Positions 37,067 to 50,601 of a stretch of DNA of 64,000 nt are shown here, in pieces. Origin of the DNA: Haliotis rubra (taxonomy: Eukaryota). The stretch covers positions 682,001 through 746,000 of the forward strand of contig NW_025764915.1 in the NCBI RefSeq assembly GCF_003918875.1, in the 5' to 3' direction. Numbering within the stretch: the stretch's first letter is position 1; the number at the start of each line of letters is the position of its first letter. A program made the translations under genes and the position numbers. Under the pieces are notes generated by a model. The model was not told the DNA's origin. It ran no database searches and saw only the letters and a list, made by a program, of their open reading frames with translations.

Positions 37067-37762
37067 AACCCACCAAGAACTTTCCGGAGAATATCCCCCA
37101 ACACTGCAGCCTTCTGCATTACCCAGAGTGGCAGAAAATATGTGCTCCCGGTGGAGAACCCGGGCACTCTCCTCATCTTCGGCAAGAAATCAGGAGGTAC
37201 CAAACCAAATGCACCGAGAACAAACTGTGTATTTGGGACGCAAGTGAGGCATTTAAAAGGCAAGATCCGCATATTTGCCATGTTCATCCTCAATAACATT
37301 ACTGTCAGAAAGGGGCGGTGGGGTAGCCTAGTGGTTAAAGCGTTCGCTCGTCACGCCGAAGACCCGGGTTCGATTCCCCACATGGGTACAATGTGTGAAG
37401 CCCATTTCTGGTGTAACCCACCAAGAACTTTCCGGAGAATATCCCCCAACACTGCAGCCTTCTGCATTACCCAGAGTGGCAGAAAATATGTGCTCCCGGT
37501 GGAGAACCCGGGCACTCTCCTCATCTTCGGCAAGAAATCAGGAGGTACCAAACCAAATGCACCGAGAACAAACTGTGTATTTGGGACGCAAGTGAGGCAT
37601 TTAAAAGGCAAGATCCGCATATTTGCCATGTTCATCCTCAATAACATTACTGTCAGAAAGGGGCGGTGAGGTAGCCTAGTGGTTAAAGCGTTCGCTCGTC
37701 ACGCCGAAGACCCGGGTTCGATTCCCCACATGGGTACAATGTGTGAAGCCCATTTCTGGTGT
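37067..37762 (+). repeat. 348-bp near-perfect tandem duplication ending inside a SINE
   Basis: 37067-37414 repeated at 37415-37762; one visible difference (GGTGGGGTAG vs GGTGAGGTAG). Confidence 0.9.
37312..37414 (+). mobile_element. SINE family A, 5' part created by the duplication
   Basis: Head and body up to CATTTCTGGTGT; tail absent. Confidence 0.9.
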
Positions 37763-37831
37763 CCCCCGCCGTGATATTGCTGGAATATTGCTAAAAGCGG
37801 AGTAAAACCAAACTCACTCACTCACTCACTC
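37660..37831 (+). mobile_element. SINE family A, full length (tRNA-Asp-like head)
   Basis: A box TAGCCTAGTGG, GTC in anticodon-loop position, B box GGTTCGATTCC, (ACTC)n tail, 11-bp TSD ACTGTCAGAAA. Confidence 0.93.
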
Positions 37832-38131
37832 ACTGTCAGAAAATTCAATAACATAATTTTATTTTATGTAAAAAATACCATGACCCGGTTTGTTGGTTTG
37901 GATATGCCTGAGGCTGTGTATGGGCCTATTCCAAATAACTCGGTAATTTACATTTACCATGACACCCTCTACATATACTGAGGGAAACACCAGATAAGGG
38001 AACACCACTTCATGGCAGTGTTCCTTTATTATGCTCAGATTTCCTCCCACAGTGCTTTTCAAAGCTGGTGATGAAAACTCGAAAATATTAAACGAACACT
38101 TGAGGTTTCATGTGTTCCTATATTTGTTTCT

Positions 38132-38372
38132 CTCAATATATTTAGGCCGTATGATGGATGGACCTCGGAGTCAAAAGCAACATGCATGGTAACCACGGTA
38201 ATAAAAGGACCGAGCAACGCCATCATGTCGCTTAAGATACTGTGTCTGTGCCAAGGCTGGGCATCCACTGACAAGGTCTTGGACAGAGTCTCAATAAATT
38301 CATTACACAATCGACATTTCATAGTTACATTTTAAACTTATGAATAATTATTATGAGACGCTTTTAGGGCAT
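38132..38372 (-). mobile_element. Fragment of RLE-type (R4/Dong/NeSL-like) non-LTR retrotransposon C-terminus
   Basis: With one frameshift: MKCRLCNEFIET/VQDLVSGCPALAQTQYLKRHDGVARSFYY, a CCHC-type knuckle (H replaced by D) plus the RHD motif preceding the restriction-like endonuclease. Confidence 0.75.
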
Positions 38373-39289
38373 TCAGTGAGATGAGATAACCGACTGATTA
38401 GAGCCTCGTCGGACATAAGGTCGCGTTATTCATGTTGGTTTCGTATATAAGACGTGTATCGCTTTGAGTTTTCTCTCAATGTGCAAAGCTGCAATGTGTA
38501 GTATGGTACAAACACCCTGTAAACCAGCTCTATCTTACACCGTTTGCGTTATTCCTACCACTCAATAAACCATACTTTCTGGATGTCACATAATTTACAA
38601 CCTTAAATATATGGTGAAGATACTTAAGGACTATGTTCTTATCACAAATGGATATTACGTATATATTACAAGAAACTAAATTGCAGTACCTCTCATAATT
38701 CAATCATTAGTTTCTTATATTCCGGATTACTTGCATTTGAAGTAACCTGTAAATGTCAGGCTGAATAATTTGAATGCATGTTCTTTCACCAGTGTCTACT
38801 AATAAAACAAACAGGGTATCATTTCAAGATTCCAACAGCGTGTTCGCCAACTTTTTCCCATCTGGCAAATGTCCATCTGGTGTAAACGACCGAGTCAGAA
38901 ATATTACCTTCTGATAGAAATAGTTGTATAGTGGCGTTCTTCATCACTAACTCAAGCCATGTGACGCTACAGGATGTGACACACTATGCTCTGGGATTCC
39001 AGGTTTTTTCAGCTTAACATAATACTGAAAAAAACGTGATTCATCGAGAGGAATCCGCATCTGCACATGTCACTCAACATTGTCACCAATGTCAGTTGTT
39101 ATTCTACGTATAAACATAACGTTCTTCTAAACAAACCATACTCTGGATGGTCTGCAGACATATTTGATGCACAGCAATTTTTGCATACTGTTAAATCCAT
39201 TATAACCCAAGTGAAGCTTTCTCGTACAGAATCAAGTTAAATTTATGCAGAAACACCATTTGAGTCCTCTTTAGAAAAGCCTTATTACG

Positions 39290-39680
39290 TTCTGATGACC
39301 ATAACGGCAGTGTTTATACCATAACATTGTTTTATCAAAGACATTTCCGTATTTTCAAAGCTGGCAACGAACGCTTAGGACGTTTAAGATTTGCGAGGGT
39401 AGATGTGTGCAACATCAATGTGGATGAATAATGTAAATGCTTTAGAAGATGCAAAGATTCACACTTATAGAAACCCGATCCCTCGCTGCATGGGTGCCTG
39501 CGTATACATTGTGCCGACACTAGGTCGGAACCCAATAAGTGCTTTAACAGATCCATCCAACAAAAAGTAACGCTTTCGTTTCTAGCGTATGCTCTTTAGC
39601 TGAGGTAAATGTGTAGTTCTTTTGCTGCTCTAACATCAAGGTGTAGATCTCTCGCACTTTTCTTCCTTAATTTTAGTAGC
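39290..39680 (-). pseudogene. Decayed CTL + PAN-like gene
   Basis: HIYLS*...VTFCWMD...AQCIRRHPCSEGSGFYKCE ... IRKCL/IKQCYGIN. Confidence 0.4.
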
Positions 39681-40069
39681 TTTGGCATCTCTGTCTATAC
39701 CTTATTCTCGGTTTTTCTCTTGCACATGACAGAGATAGACGTTGATTAGTAGGCTGTTAGTGAATGTAGTTATTTCAAAAAGTCATTCAAGTAAGCTGCG
39801 TGTTATGGTGTTATGCAACAATTTCATTTAAAGGCTTACTAAAAGTATTTCAAGAAATTGTTGCAAAATCTTTGAATTACAAACTACACTATTCTCAATA
39901 TCGTTGTTAATCTGGTATTCTGTTTTAACTGAGTTCTGCATTAAACACTGAAATTCCAAAGGCGATCTTCAGAGGTTATTATGTCTAAAATATGACCATA
40001 TGTGATGAAGAAATGTCTCTGATGACTACAAACTAAGTTAGTACCATGGCATCGACACATTTCTTCAGA

Positions 40070-40320
40070 TTTGGTTGGTTTGTTGCTGGACGCCGCACTC
40101 AGCAATATTCCAGCCATATGGCGGCGATCTGTAAATAATCGCGTCTGGACCAGACAATCTAGTGATCAACAGCATGAGCATTGATCTACACAACGGGGAT
40201 ACGATGACATGTGTCAACCAAGTCAGAAAGCCAGATCCATGACCACCCGATCCCGTTAGTCGCCTATAACGACAAGCATGGGTTGCTGAAGACCAATTCT
40301 AACCCGCATCTTCACTGTCC
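40070..40320 (-). mobile_element. Family B headless retroposon, full length with TSD
   Basis: 10-bp TSD TTTCTTCAGA (40060-40069 / 40321-40330) brackets the element; (AACC)n tail. Confidence 0.9.
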
Positions 40321-40779
40321 TTTCTTCAGAAGCTGAACACATGTCCTAGCATGATCTTCATTTCTATTATAACATTATTCATGATATTGTGAAGAGTGAG
40401 TCATTAACAGCTTACCATATTTTATACATTCTATGCTAAAGAAGTGTAATCAAAATACATTTCGGTGTGTTTACATTCTTACAATTAGTCAGCATATAAT
40501 ATGTATACTTGTTTGAACCAGTTACAGTGTTTCCTTGTCGGCATGTTGTGAGTTCATATACTTTGACATATTAAAATTTTCAATTTCATTTAGACTATTA
40601 AAATTATACAACATTTTACACTGACAGACATATTGAAAAAGAGTTCCTCTAATGCTTCATGGTGCATTTTGTCAGACACAGGCACTGCTAAAATATATTA
40701 CTTAGGGATGTGCTTCAAAGAGAAGCGACATACACCACTTTTGTGAAGAAATGATGTATGTATACCATCTGTTGCATGA

Positions 40780-41169
40780 ATTATTACCGTACACCAACAT
40801 TGTCCGTCAGACGAAGATTGAAATACTGACTCACAAAGACGGCACGTATGGTTTCCGTGAATATGAACATATGTGTATATACAATCAATAGAAAATGTAA
40901 TAAAACCTTATTGCTTTAAAACTATAATTGAAAGGTAAAGCTCGATTGGTAACTGGAACGCTATCAATCAATCATGCATCTAAGCGAAATACAATTACAT
41001 AAAGAGTGATTGAGTGAGGGGTGACACTCAACTTATTCCAGACGCAGAATGGTATGAGTTTGTTCATCGGCAGACATTTACTATCAGCAGGAAGCCACCA
41101 GAAAGAGTGCGACGCTGAAATAGCAGGACTGAATCCAAGAATAGCACACACATGCGTGGCGGTGAACAC
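40780..41169 (-). pseudogene. Decayed CTL C-terminus + PAN-like domain
   Basis: HVCAILGF...FWWLPADSKCLPMNKLIPFCV then TCRLCESVFQSSSDGQCWC; cut upstream by Academ-like copy 3. Confidence 0.45.
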
Positions 41170-41187
41170 GGCTATTTAAATAAGGTT

Positions 41188-41408
41188 AGAGTAACAACTA
41201 GTATCTCAAATGAACATTTTTTACAGAAAAACTGTTCCTGATTAGAAAAGATATCTAATAAAAAGGACCCCTGAGACATTGTTAATTTTCCTGAAACTGT
41301 GGAAATCTAGACTTGCTGTCTCACATATTCTAGACTTGCATGGACCGCCCTAAATAAAGCAAGTCTAGATAAATTTGTTTCCCTAGGTCTTTTCAATATG
41401 ACAGACTA
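41188..41408. mobile_element. Academ-like element, copy 3 (diverged)
   Basis: AGAGTAACAACTAGTATCTCAAATGAACATTTT...TATGACAGACTA; no clear TSD. Confidence 0.55.
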
Positions 41409-41819
41409 ATATATATATTCAGAGACTAAGGTATACAGGGTTCGGAAATAGGAGTCAAAACACACACGACTTTTAATTTAAAGAGGTGATCACTACATAA
41501 TAATAACCCAAAGCTGTTAACGTTACAATTAAGAAAGATTATTCAAACGTGTATGCAATGCAAATTTACTGACAGGTCAGCATCAACATCAAGTTGTGTG
41601 TAAAAGATCAGTGCAAAAGAATACCCAGTTCACATGCTAAAGGGCACATTAGCAACGAAAAGCTTATGAATGGACCCCCAGGAAGTCAGTGATAACACCA
41701 GGTGTTCTCAAAAGGAGCAAGCGTGTCCAGAGCAGTATGTCACGACGACGTATTAATGCGTGACATGAAACGACTACTGTACAAATGATCAATTTGTATT
41801 AACGGTTATGCATGGACGA

Positions 41820-42013
41820 TGTTTGTATGTTTATTTGTGTGTTTAAAGAAATGTTCCAGTCTTTAAACATGCAATCCGGTGACTGAGATCATGAGCATCA
41901 GCCTAAGCAATTAGTTTACGATGAAATGCAATCTACCAAGCCTGACCGCCCGATCCTGCCATTTGCTTCTTACAAGCACGGGATGGAGACCAGATCTCAT
42001 GCGGAAGTTCACG
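41820..42013 (-). mobile_element. Family B retroposon, highly diverged
   Basis: GATCATGAGCATC...CCTGACCGCCCGATCC...TTCACGG. Confidence 0.5.
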
Positions 42014-42551
42014 GCGCGGGCAGATACTGAGAATGCATGTACATTAGCATACAAGCAGATGTTCAAGGTTCAGAGGTAATTCCGTCATGAATCAAAACCA
42101 TAGGTAATCAATACCCATCAGATGTGTTCCCTCCCTGACAGCATGTCGCCATAAAATGTGAATGTGAACGACATTTTGATGGTTTATAGTATTAATGAAA
42201 CCAGATTCGTTTAGTTGAATGTCATGTTCCGAACAGGATGATGGATTTATATTTCAATCATATAACTGAACTCACGTCAACCAATGAGTTTGACATTTTT
42301 ACCAAACGTTTCTACAGGGCCTTTTACCCATGTTAATCTTTTTCACCTCATTCAGAATGTGTTACATGACATATCAGTCAAGAGTCAAAAGATGTTTGTT
42401 GTATGAAAGACCTCCGGCCCATATACATGAAAGTTACAGTGATAAAGGAACAGTTTTTATACTTGCATATATAGTTAAGGACACTTGGTCCTGAAAATCT
42501 GGAAATGTCCCAGAAGTCCGTTGTGACAGTGCTAAGGACACGCTGGTTAAT

Positions 42552-42756
42552 GGACTAAAATCTAGCCTCTGAAATGAACATATTTAGCACAAAAAAACCT
42601 GTTCGTCAAAAATAACCATAAAATATAATGAAAGGAGCCCAAAGACTTTCTTTAGTCTTTATTTTTAGAAACTGAGGAAATCTAGACTTGCCACATATTC
42701 TAGACTTGCAAAGACTTTCTAGGATATATTTGTTTCAGGGTCTGTATGACAGACTA
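42552..42756. mobile_element. Academ-like element, copy 4
   Basis: Same termini; flanks GCTGGTTAAT/GCTGGCTAAC (8/10). Confidence 0.65.
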
Positions 42757-43203
42757 GCTGGCTAACGGTAGAGGGAGTTTTGTTGTAATGTTTGTCAGGT
42801 ACGGTACTTTGTATGTTATGTTTTAATAAACTACACATGTGTGTATAACAAACTGCTACTGAACAAATATACCTCTCATTTACTACTCAGCGTTTGTCCG
42901 AAACAGAGTGTTCTTAAAAACGATTACTTGGCCATATTGCCATGCCAGTGGTATTCTATATTTCCTATGGTTTCATTTAATATTAATCTCGTGAACAGTT
43001 CAATAATATGATACCCTCTAGTTTCGTAACCGTACACATCCAATCAAAATCTTCATCATGTGATGGGTGAAATATAACGATCAGTTTTGTCTGAGTTCTA
43101 ATTCGCATTTTGTTTTGTAATTGTTTCTGAGATATATATATCTTCAGGTTCATTTTTCTTGTACACTCTCCACGGACTAAAATGAACGGTGTTGATTTGT
43201 TGA

Positions 43204-43283
43204 AATACTACCGTGTGCTTGGATCATGTAAATACTACCGTGTGCTTGGATCATGTGAATACTACCGTGTGCTTGGATCATGT
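43204..43283 (+). repeat. 27-bp tandem repeat x3
   Basis: AATACTACCGTGTGCTTGGATCATGT(A/G). Confidence 0.95.
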
Positions 43284-44586
43284 TTTAGAGTGATGTCACC
43301 TTTAAGAAGTGAGCATTGGCTGATGAAGAATGCACTTACCCGCTCTCCTAAGCGATGCTTCATATCCCGGTCAACCTGTCTCGCCTATGTCACGATGACC
43401 TCTGACCTCGGTACTCCACAGTAAGTCATGGTAATATCCGCACTACACTCCTCCTTGTCTGGTAATTATCTGCAGACAGATACGAATCCATTATATACCA
43501 CACATAAATTTAAAATACATGCGCGAATTCGATGCAGTAGTAAAACAAATGAGAAGCAAGTAAAGACAACATGCACTAGAACTCTGGATTGGACAAAGAA
43601 CTACAAAGGTTATCAAAATTTTACCAAGTTGAAGTAGTTTCCAAGGCACTGCAAACGTCCGAACACGACTATCATACCCGTATCACACACAACACCATCG
43701 AAAACCATTTCTTGTTGATTTCATTTTCACCTACCATCAACCATGCGTATATATGTTCAATATACATTTATGAATAGCTTTCTACGAAATCAATAAATAT
43801 ACAGGAAATAATATAATAATGTTCTTGCGTTGAAGGGCATATTGTCGTCATTTGTATTATGATTACGATGTGATAATATGATCAAACCATCTAGCGGTCT
43901 ATATTGTCGTTAATGTGGAAGAAAGTATATGCTTGCTTGATTCACTGAGGGATTAATCGCCAGCACGACATGCGGAGCTGTATTCTATGAAAGGCTTCAA
44001 AGGGAAAATGATATATATGTTGAGTGTATTCCTTTTGAATAGCGTATCGGGGTATACAAGTTCATTCACAATATTAATATATGATGATTAAAAATATACA
44101 TGTATTATTCTATGACACTAACTGTGCTGAAAAGTCAATTGAATGCAACCGTTGATTGCTTTTTTCGCAAGTTCCGTCATATATATGCTTTAAAAATATA
44201 CATAACATTATAAAATAGTATAGTAGTATATCCGTGTGTTCAAATATGTCGCATATTTGAAACGACACACCCGTGGTTTTGCTATGGCTGTTTGCCCTAA
44301 TACAATAGCTTGTTTATGTGTTTGTGGATAAAGTTATTAAAATTGATGTTTTGTATTAACTCATGTGGCGACATATGTTCTGGGGCGATTACTGTTGAGG
44401 CTGTCGTAGCACATCTGTTGCCGGTGGTGGATGTCATTCTGCTGTCCGTGGTCTTAGATATGTTCAACCTTACTTTGCAATGCATGTCATCTATATTGGA
44501 TTGGATAGTACCTTACGTGTACTTGCTAAACCCACTATTCTGCGCTTGAATGTTATTATTATTTCACCTTACAAACATGATAACTA

Positions 44587-44750
44587 GGGGCGGTGGGGTA
44601 GCCTAGTAGTCAAAGCGTTCGCTCGTCACGCTGAAGACCCTGGTTCGATTCCCTACGTGGGTACAATGTGTGAAGCCCATTTGTGGCGTCCCCCGCCGTG
44701 ATATTGCTGGAATATTGCTAAAAGCGGCGTAAACCCAAACTCACTCACTC
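44587..44750 (+). mobile_element. SINE family A, full length
   Basis: A/B boxes, (ACTC)n tail, TSD core ACATGATAA. Confidence 0.92.
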
Positions 44751-46553
44751 ACATGATAAATTGACGTGCACAAATGAAGTACATATTATTATTAAAGCTG
44801 CATAATATTTACTTTTGCGTTATCAATATATTGAAGACAAGAATATGTACATACAGTGGAAGCTCTCTAAACCGGTATAGAGGGCGTAGCGGTTTAGAGA
44901 ACCTTTCCCTTTTCAACCTGAGAATGATCTTCCGTGTGCCGTAAAATACTACTGAACAACGTGTTGATAGTCATCATATTCGTCATTCATCAATAACGAT
45001 AACATCGCATGTACATCGCATGTCACTTGTCTGACAAAATGTCATGCTTTTCTCTATAAGGTTGAAACGATACCGGCGTCACCTTGAATTTGAACTCACT
45101 CACCCACTTTACATGTTTCCATATTTCCCCAACACCATACAAATTGACCAGTCATTAAGACCTCAGCTGCGCCCATAGTTTCCAGTGTCATCGACAGAAT
45201 GCACATAACACATTACTTAAGGATGGCATTAGAATGAAATCAAATTGCTCTCCGTGGATCGTCGTTTGACTTTAATATTATCTATGTATTTATGTACATA
45301 TGTCACGATAGTACCATTACTGGATGAATTATTCGCATACAATTCCAATAGACGTTGTTAGACGCCACATTAGCAGCAGCTGGAATATAGCATCTCTCGC
45401 CGGCTACGGCGGATTGGGACACAGTGAATGCATCTGCTTGTGAATAACATAAATTAGGACCGAATCGATGTGGTCTTTACACAGATGGACATGTATAACA
45501 GTGCATTCTAGTGCCATTGTCGCGTTGCACAGATCGGATGTAATGGAGCACTCGACACTACCTAGGGAAAATATGAGTTATGACTGTTTGAACGCAAGCA
45601 AGTCGGATGAGACATTTGAGTATGGATTACTTTCTTATTTTCGTAATCTCTTCTNNNNNNNNNNNNNNNNNNNNNNNNNNNNNNNNNNNNNNNNNNNNNN
45701 NNNNNNNNNNNNNNNNNNNNNNNNNNNNNNNNNNNNNNNNNNNNNNNNNNNNNNNNNNNNNNNNNNNNNNNNNNNNNNNNNNNNNNNNNNNNNNNNNNNN
45801 NTGACAGTGTTGATAGTGGAGCATCACGGACAGTTGCATTTAAGCTGAATACTGTAAAACACAGCGTAATGTTTCTTTGCACACCTGCCAATCGTCTCTC
45901 AGCAAACCATAAGGATGATCGGCGGACGTTTAAAACAGTAAAAAAAGATGGACGGATGGATGGATAGGTGCCAAAAAATGTTTCTTAGCTAATACATTCA
46001 TGTTCATAGCTGAAAAATGGGCACCACATGTCATCCTAAGTATGCCCATTTTCTTCAGTGTATACTTATATGCAGACATCCATTTCTGAAGAACATACAC
46101 TCTGCAACGTACACTGTTATTGTACTGTATTATCTGTTTTATCTGTTACCATATTTGAAATGCTCTCTTCTCTCTGGCACGAGGACATCTATGTACTTAT
46201 TGATCTAAACAATAATGCATACCTTTGAGGCATATATATTTGAAGACTTGAATCAGATGAATGGTTGGTTGTACTAGAGTTACGTACGACTGGTATTGAT
46301 TTTTCGTTTTACGAAAGAAGATGGACATTCTCAATTCAGTATGAAAATAACACAATCATCTTGAAATGGTTGGAGGATGATATACCTGTATTAGGAATCG
46401 TGTGGTTTAGATAAATGGGAAATAGAAAGAAAGTCAAAGAAGGCACGTACCAGACAGAGGTTTATCATACAATACATCCCCAGTGTTTCGTTTGCTCGAT
46501 CAAACCATAACCGCACAGTAATATAAATCATTTCTGGATTGAGATTTTAACAA

Positions 46554-46850
46554 TCAGTAATGACAAATGCATGGAAAGCAACAGCTGTTATGTAATATAC
46601 AAAAACTAATACATCGTTCACAATTTACACGGCAATGAAATGATGGTGCTACCTTAATTATGTTGACGAAGCTCCCATACAAAACGACTAGACTCGTGAG
46701 AACCGAATAGGATGTGGTGTCTTGTTTTGATCCTGCACACTTTGAATATGTAACAGATGTCTCACTATCGCCACAAATGCCTTTAACACTGCGTTTGTTC
46801 ATTGATCAATCGAAACAAAGAAAAAAATATCTGGACATCTGGTTCCTCTC
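46554..46850 (-). pseudogene. Decayed CTL-end + PAN-like domain
   Basis: ORF 46554-46802: KRSVKGICGD ... RVNCERCISFCILHNSCCF (C-x3-C-x5-C). Confidence 0.4.
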
Positions 46851-46955
46851 TCCTTTGATCAATGAATATGAACCTGGAAATGATTTAACCACCGCATATC
46901 AATCTTTAAAGTTAAACGCGTTTAACCTCGCTTTCCAAATTATTTCACTCATATA

Positions 46956-47080
46956 TACTCATGCCAATAATGGTTGTCACCCCCTCCCACCCCAACCCCA
47001 CACACACCTCACATCCCCACCCCACACCCCCTCTCCAATTAAAAAATTGAAGGGGGTGACAACCATTATTGGCATGAGTA
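46956..47080. mobile_element. Tc1/mariner-type MITE
   Basis: Perfect ~30-bp TIR TACTCATGCCAATAATGGTTGTCACCCCCT / AGGGGGTGACAACCATTATTGGCATGAGTA, TA TSD. Confidence 0.92.
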
Positions 47081-47182
47081 TATGTATGTATGATTGAGTG
47101 GTTGTTTGCACCAGTTCGGACTCATGTTGTTCTTATAGTACTTGCCCACAGAAATACCAGGTCAGTCGTAGGCGCTGTATAC

Positions 47183-47347
47183 GTGAGTGAGTTTTAGTTT
47201 TGCTCCGGTTTAAGCGATACTCCAGCAATATTACGGAGGGGGGCACCAGAAATGGGCTTCACACATTTCTGGTCAGTGTGGGGAATGGAACCCGGGTCTT
47301 CAGTGTAACGAGCGAACGCTTTAACCACTAGACTACCCCACATCCCC
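47183..47347 (-). mobile_element. SINE family A
   Basis: Full-length reverse match. Confidence 0.88.
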
Positions 47348-47424
47348 AGAGCCGTTATACTGACAGCTACCTGCTTAGTGAGTGTTCGATCCTCGCAATA
47401 ACGAGCGTCAAGTAAGGTACAGAC

Positions 47425-47520
47425 ACGCGCAATCTTGTAAGGTCGTTTGGTATGACGCGGTTAGGGGATCGAACCCCGACCTTGTACATGTATCCGGGCA
47501 GAGGCTTTATCCGTTACAAT
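47425..47520 (-). mobile_element. Meta-type SINE 5' fragment
   Basis: RC GGTCGGGGTTCGATCCCCTAACCGCGTCATACCAAACGAC matches 1059-1098. Confidence 0.6.
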
Positions 47521-47710
47521 GCGGAAGCTGTGTAAGTCCCTATCAAAGATACATATATAATATAATTTTATTTTATTCTTTGGTATCTTCAGAAAACAAT
47601 TTTCGTTTACCAAAATAAACTTAAAATATTATCTGACATGGTGTTTTCTTTTTGGTAACCTCTCCGTGGTAATATTCATTTAACTATCATTTCAACTACT
47701 TCCTACATTT

Positions 47711-47869
47711 GGGCGGTCTGGGTAGCCTAGTGGTTAAAGCGTTCGCTCGTCACGCCGAAGACCCGGGTTCGATTCCCCACATGGGTACAATGTGTGAAGC
47801 CCATTTCTGTGTCCCCCGCCGTGATATTGCTGGAATATTGATAGAAGCGGCGTAAAACTAAACTCACTC
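47711..47869 (+). mobile_element. SINE family A, full length
   Basis: 13-bp TSD ACTTCCTACATTT. Confidence 0.93.
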
Positions 47870-48688
47870 ACTTCCTACATTTCTGTGTTTTATGATTAGC
47901 CTCAGAGTCTGGAGAAAGCAACTCCATCCATGTAGCAGCGTACAGCAAACGGTGGTATTTTGGTCACCTATCTCAAAGGGAATTCTGTTGTGACATTTGT
48001 AGTTCCACGGGGGAACCAGATATCGCAGCGTTCCTTTACTTATTCTTACATTTGCTGTACAGTGCAGTACGCAATAGGGACACTTGTACTTTCGTGCGCT
48101 CCATTGTTTGTTGCCTGCAGTATATTTCTAAAGGATGCACGGACGTATGGGATACATGACAATAAAAATAGGAAGGGTGCTTGACATATTTCCAGATATC
48201 AATATTCGACTGTGACAATGAGCAAAATGAATATAATTAAGTATAATACATGATTATTGTGTTAAAAAGTGGCAGATGCAAATCGAAGTAAAGTGATTGT
48301 AATCTTTTATATTCCAGTATTTACGTGTGTGGCATCAATGCCATGGAATATGAAGAATGGTTTTCCACACCAAAACCCCTCTTGCTATGGTCGTTATCTG
48401 TTGAGGTATCACTTACAGATGGCAATGTCCTGGTAATTCAAGATACAATATCGATCAAAGTAACGCAAAGTAAATTTTATGTTTTAATTGAATACATATG
48501 TTCAGGGTCAAAATGAAACACAATAGAAATAATATTTGTTTCATACATTAATTCTACTGTAAGAATTTATGGCCTTTTCTCATTGCCACAGGAATAGCAA
48601 CATAACCTTAATCTCAACGTTGAGGACTACATTTCGGTGTCATGGAATCACCTTTAAACAGAGATGATTAAACAGAATCAACGAGATG

Positions 48689-48890
48689 CAACCTGATGCA
48701 TTCAACAAAACCATTCTTGAATATGTGACGTTAGAACAGAATACAAAGGTGCAATCCATTCGAGTGAGTGAGTGAGTTTGGTTTTACGCCAACCTGATGC
48801 ATTCAACAAAACCATTCTTGAATGTGTGACGTTATAACAGAATACGAAGGTGCAATCCATTCGAGTGAGTGAGTGAGTTTGGTTTTACGC
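48689..48890 (+). repeat. 101-bp tandem duplication ending inside a SINE tail
   Basis: 48689-48789 repeated at 48790-48890 with ~3 substitutions. Confidence 0.9.
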
Positions 48891-49029
48891 CGCTTTTAGC
48901 AATATTCAAGCAATATCACGGCAGGGAACACCAGAAATGGGCTTCACGCATAATGCCCATGTGGGGAATCGAACCCGGGTATTTGGCGTGACGAGCGAAC
49001 GCTTTAACCACAAGGCTACCCACCGCCCC
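48863..49029 (-). mobile_element. SINE family A, full length
   Basis: Reverse match from (GAGT)n tail to CCCACCGCCCC head. Confidence 0.92.
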
Positions 49030-50021
49030 TGACGGTTGGACCCTTTTCACTATATACGTAGTGGAAATAGTACATTTATACCTGTATCTTCTTGACACAA
49101 AATGCTTTAGCCATGGTTCACTGGAACTTTAGTGCTTTCAATTCATCGTTTCTGGTGTATGCTTGTCGAAACATAACCTGTACTGGAGACGAGTGTTATC
49201 TACTGTCTTGCAATTAGGTTTGTAGAATCGCGTTCCTTTAAATGATCCACAATTCGCTGATCGTGAGTTCGAATCCATGGTTGATTATGATTATGATTCC
49301 TGGTTTATCAGAGCCATTAAAAAGTAAACGTCAATACCCCGAGTTACTTTGAGATTTCCTCTAAATTGATACATTAGAATACCGATGTGCTGTTCTTAAT
49401 TACGCTGAAACACTCATTCTCACAGCTCACGCTGACCTTGAGAACGTTCACCGTAACCCTGGCCATGGAAAAGAAACGGAGGACCAGATACTGCATGCGC
49501 AATGCTTATGTATTCAGCAGACAAACCTTTCTCTGCTGGTATGACCTTTTCCCGAAGATCATGCTGTATGTTGTCAATATTTCTATCAAGGAACGATACA
49601 GTTATGACACATTTTACCTCAGGAAACAAACAGTAAATCAGTATAAGCTGGTGACCTTTCTCACGACGGGTTATGGGCAGCCTTGACCTGTGTGCCGATG
49701 GTAAATACATGGGCAGCCTTGACCCGTGTGCCGATGGTAAATACAGTCATGGGCAGGCCGCAGTGGACAGTGTAATTAATTGTATTTTTTCTCGGAGAAT
49801 AGCAATTGTCAAGATTGTCATATATTGTGTTGTGTTGTGTTGTGCTGTGTTGTGTTGTGTCTGAGGTGGGGGTCCGCTGGATGGAGCCCTAAGAGCGGAA
49901 TGTCGCTGGTTTGATAACTGCATATTTTACCCTCCAGCACCCCCAATCCCCGTCCCACCTGAAAATGTTATAATGAGGTACTTGTTGTTGCCCTGCCAGG
50001 AGCACCAACATCCACATACAA

Positions 50022-50379
50022 ACCACCACCACCACCACTGCTACTACTACTACTACTGCTATTACCACTACTAGTAGTNNNNNNNNNNNNNNNNNNNNNN
50101 NNNNNNNNNNNNNNNNNNNNNNNNNNNNNNNNNNNNNNNNNNNNNNNNNNNNNNNNNNNNNNNNNNNNNNNNNNNNNNNNNNNNNNNNNNNNNNNNNNNN
50201 NNNNNNNNNNNNNNNNNNNNNNNNNNNNNNNNNNNNNNNNNNNNNNNNNNNNNNNNNNNNNNNNNNNNNNNNNNNNNNNNNNNNNNNNNNNNNNNNNNNN
50301 NNNNNNNNNNNNNNNNNNNNNNNNNNNNNNNCTACTGCTACTACAGCCTCTCTTACTATTACTCTGACTACCACTACTT

Positions 50380-50437
<58 letters not shown>
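50022..50437. repeat. (CTA)n microsatellite spanning an assembly gap
   Basis: Visible on both sides of N-run 50079-50331. Confidence 0.9.
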
Positions 50438-50601
50438 CAGGGACGAACCGTGTGCATGCAAAGAAATAATAATACTAAAAGCGATGTGAAGTGAGTGTGT
50501 CGCCGCTCAATGTTGGTGTTAAACTCTATTTGACAATGGTCGAAGACGAAAACTATGTCAGTAATTACAGTGAGCACGGATATCATGTTTACATGTGAAG
50601 C

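Noticed and set aside
37142-37669. 175-aa ORF with internal repeat
   Set aside because: Created by the 348-bp (in-frame) duplication reading through a SINE.
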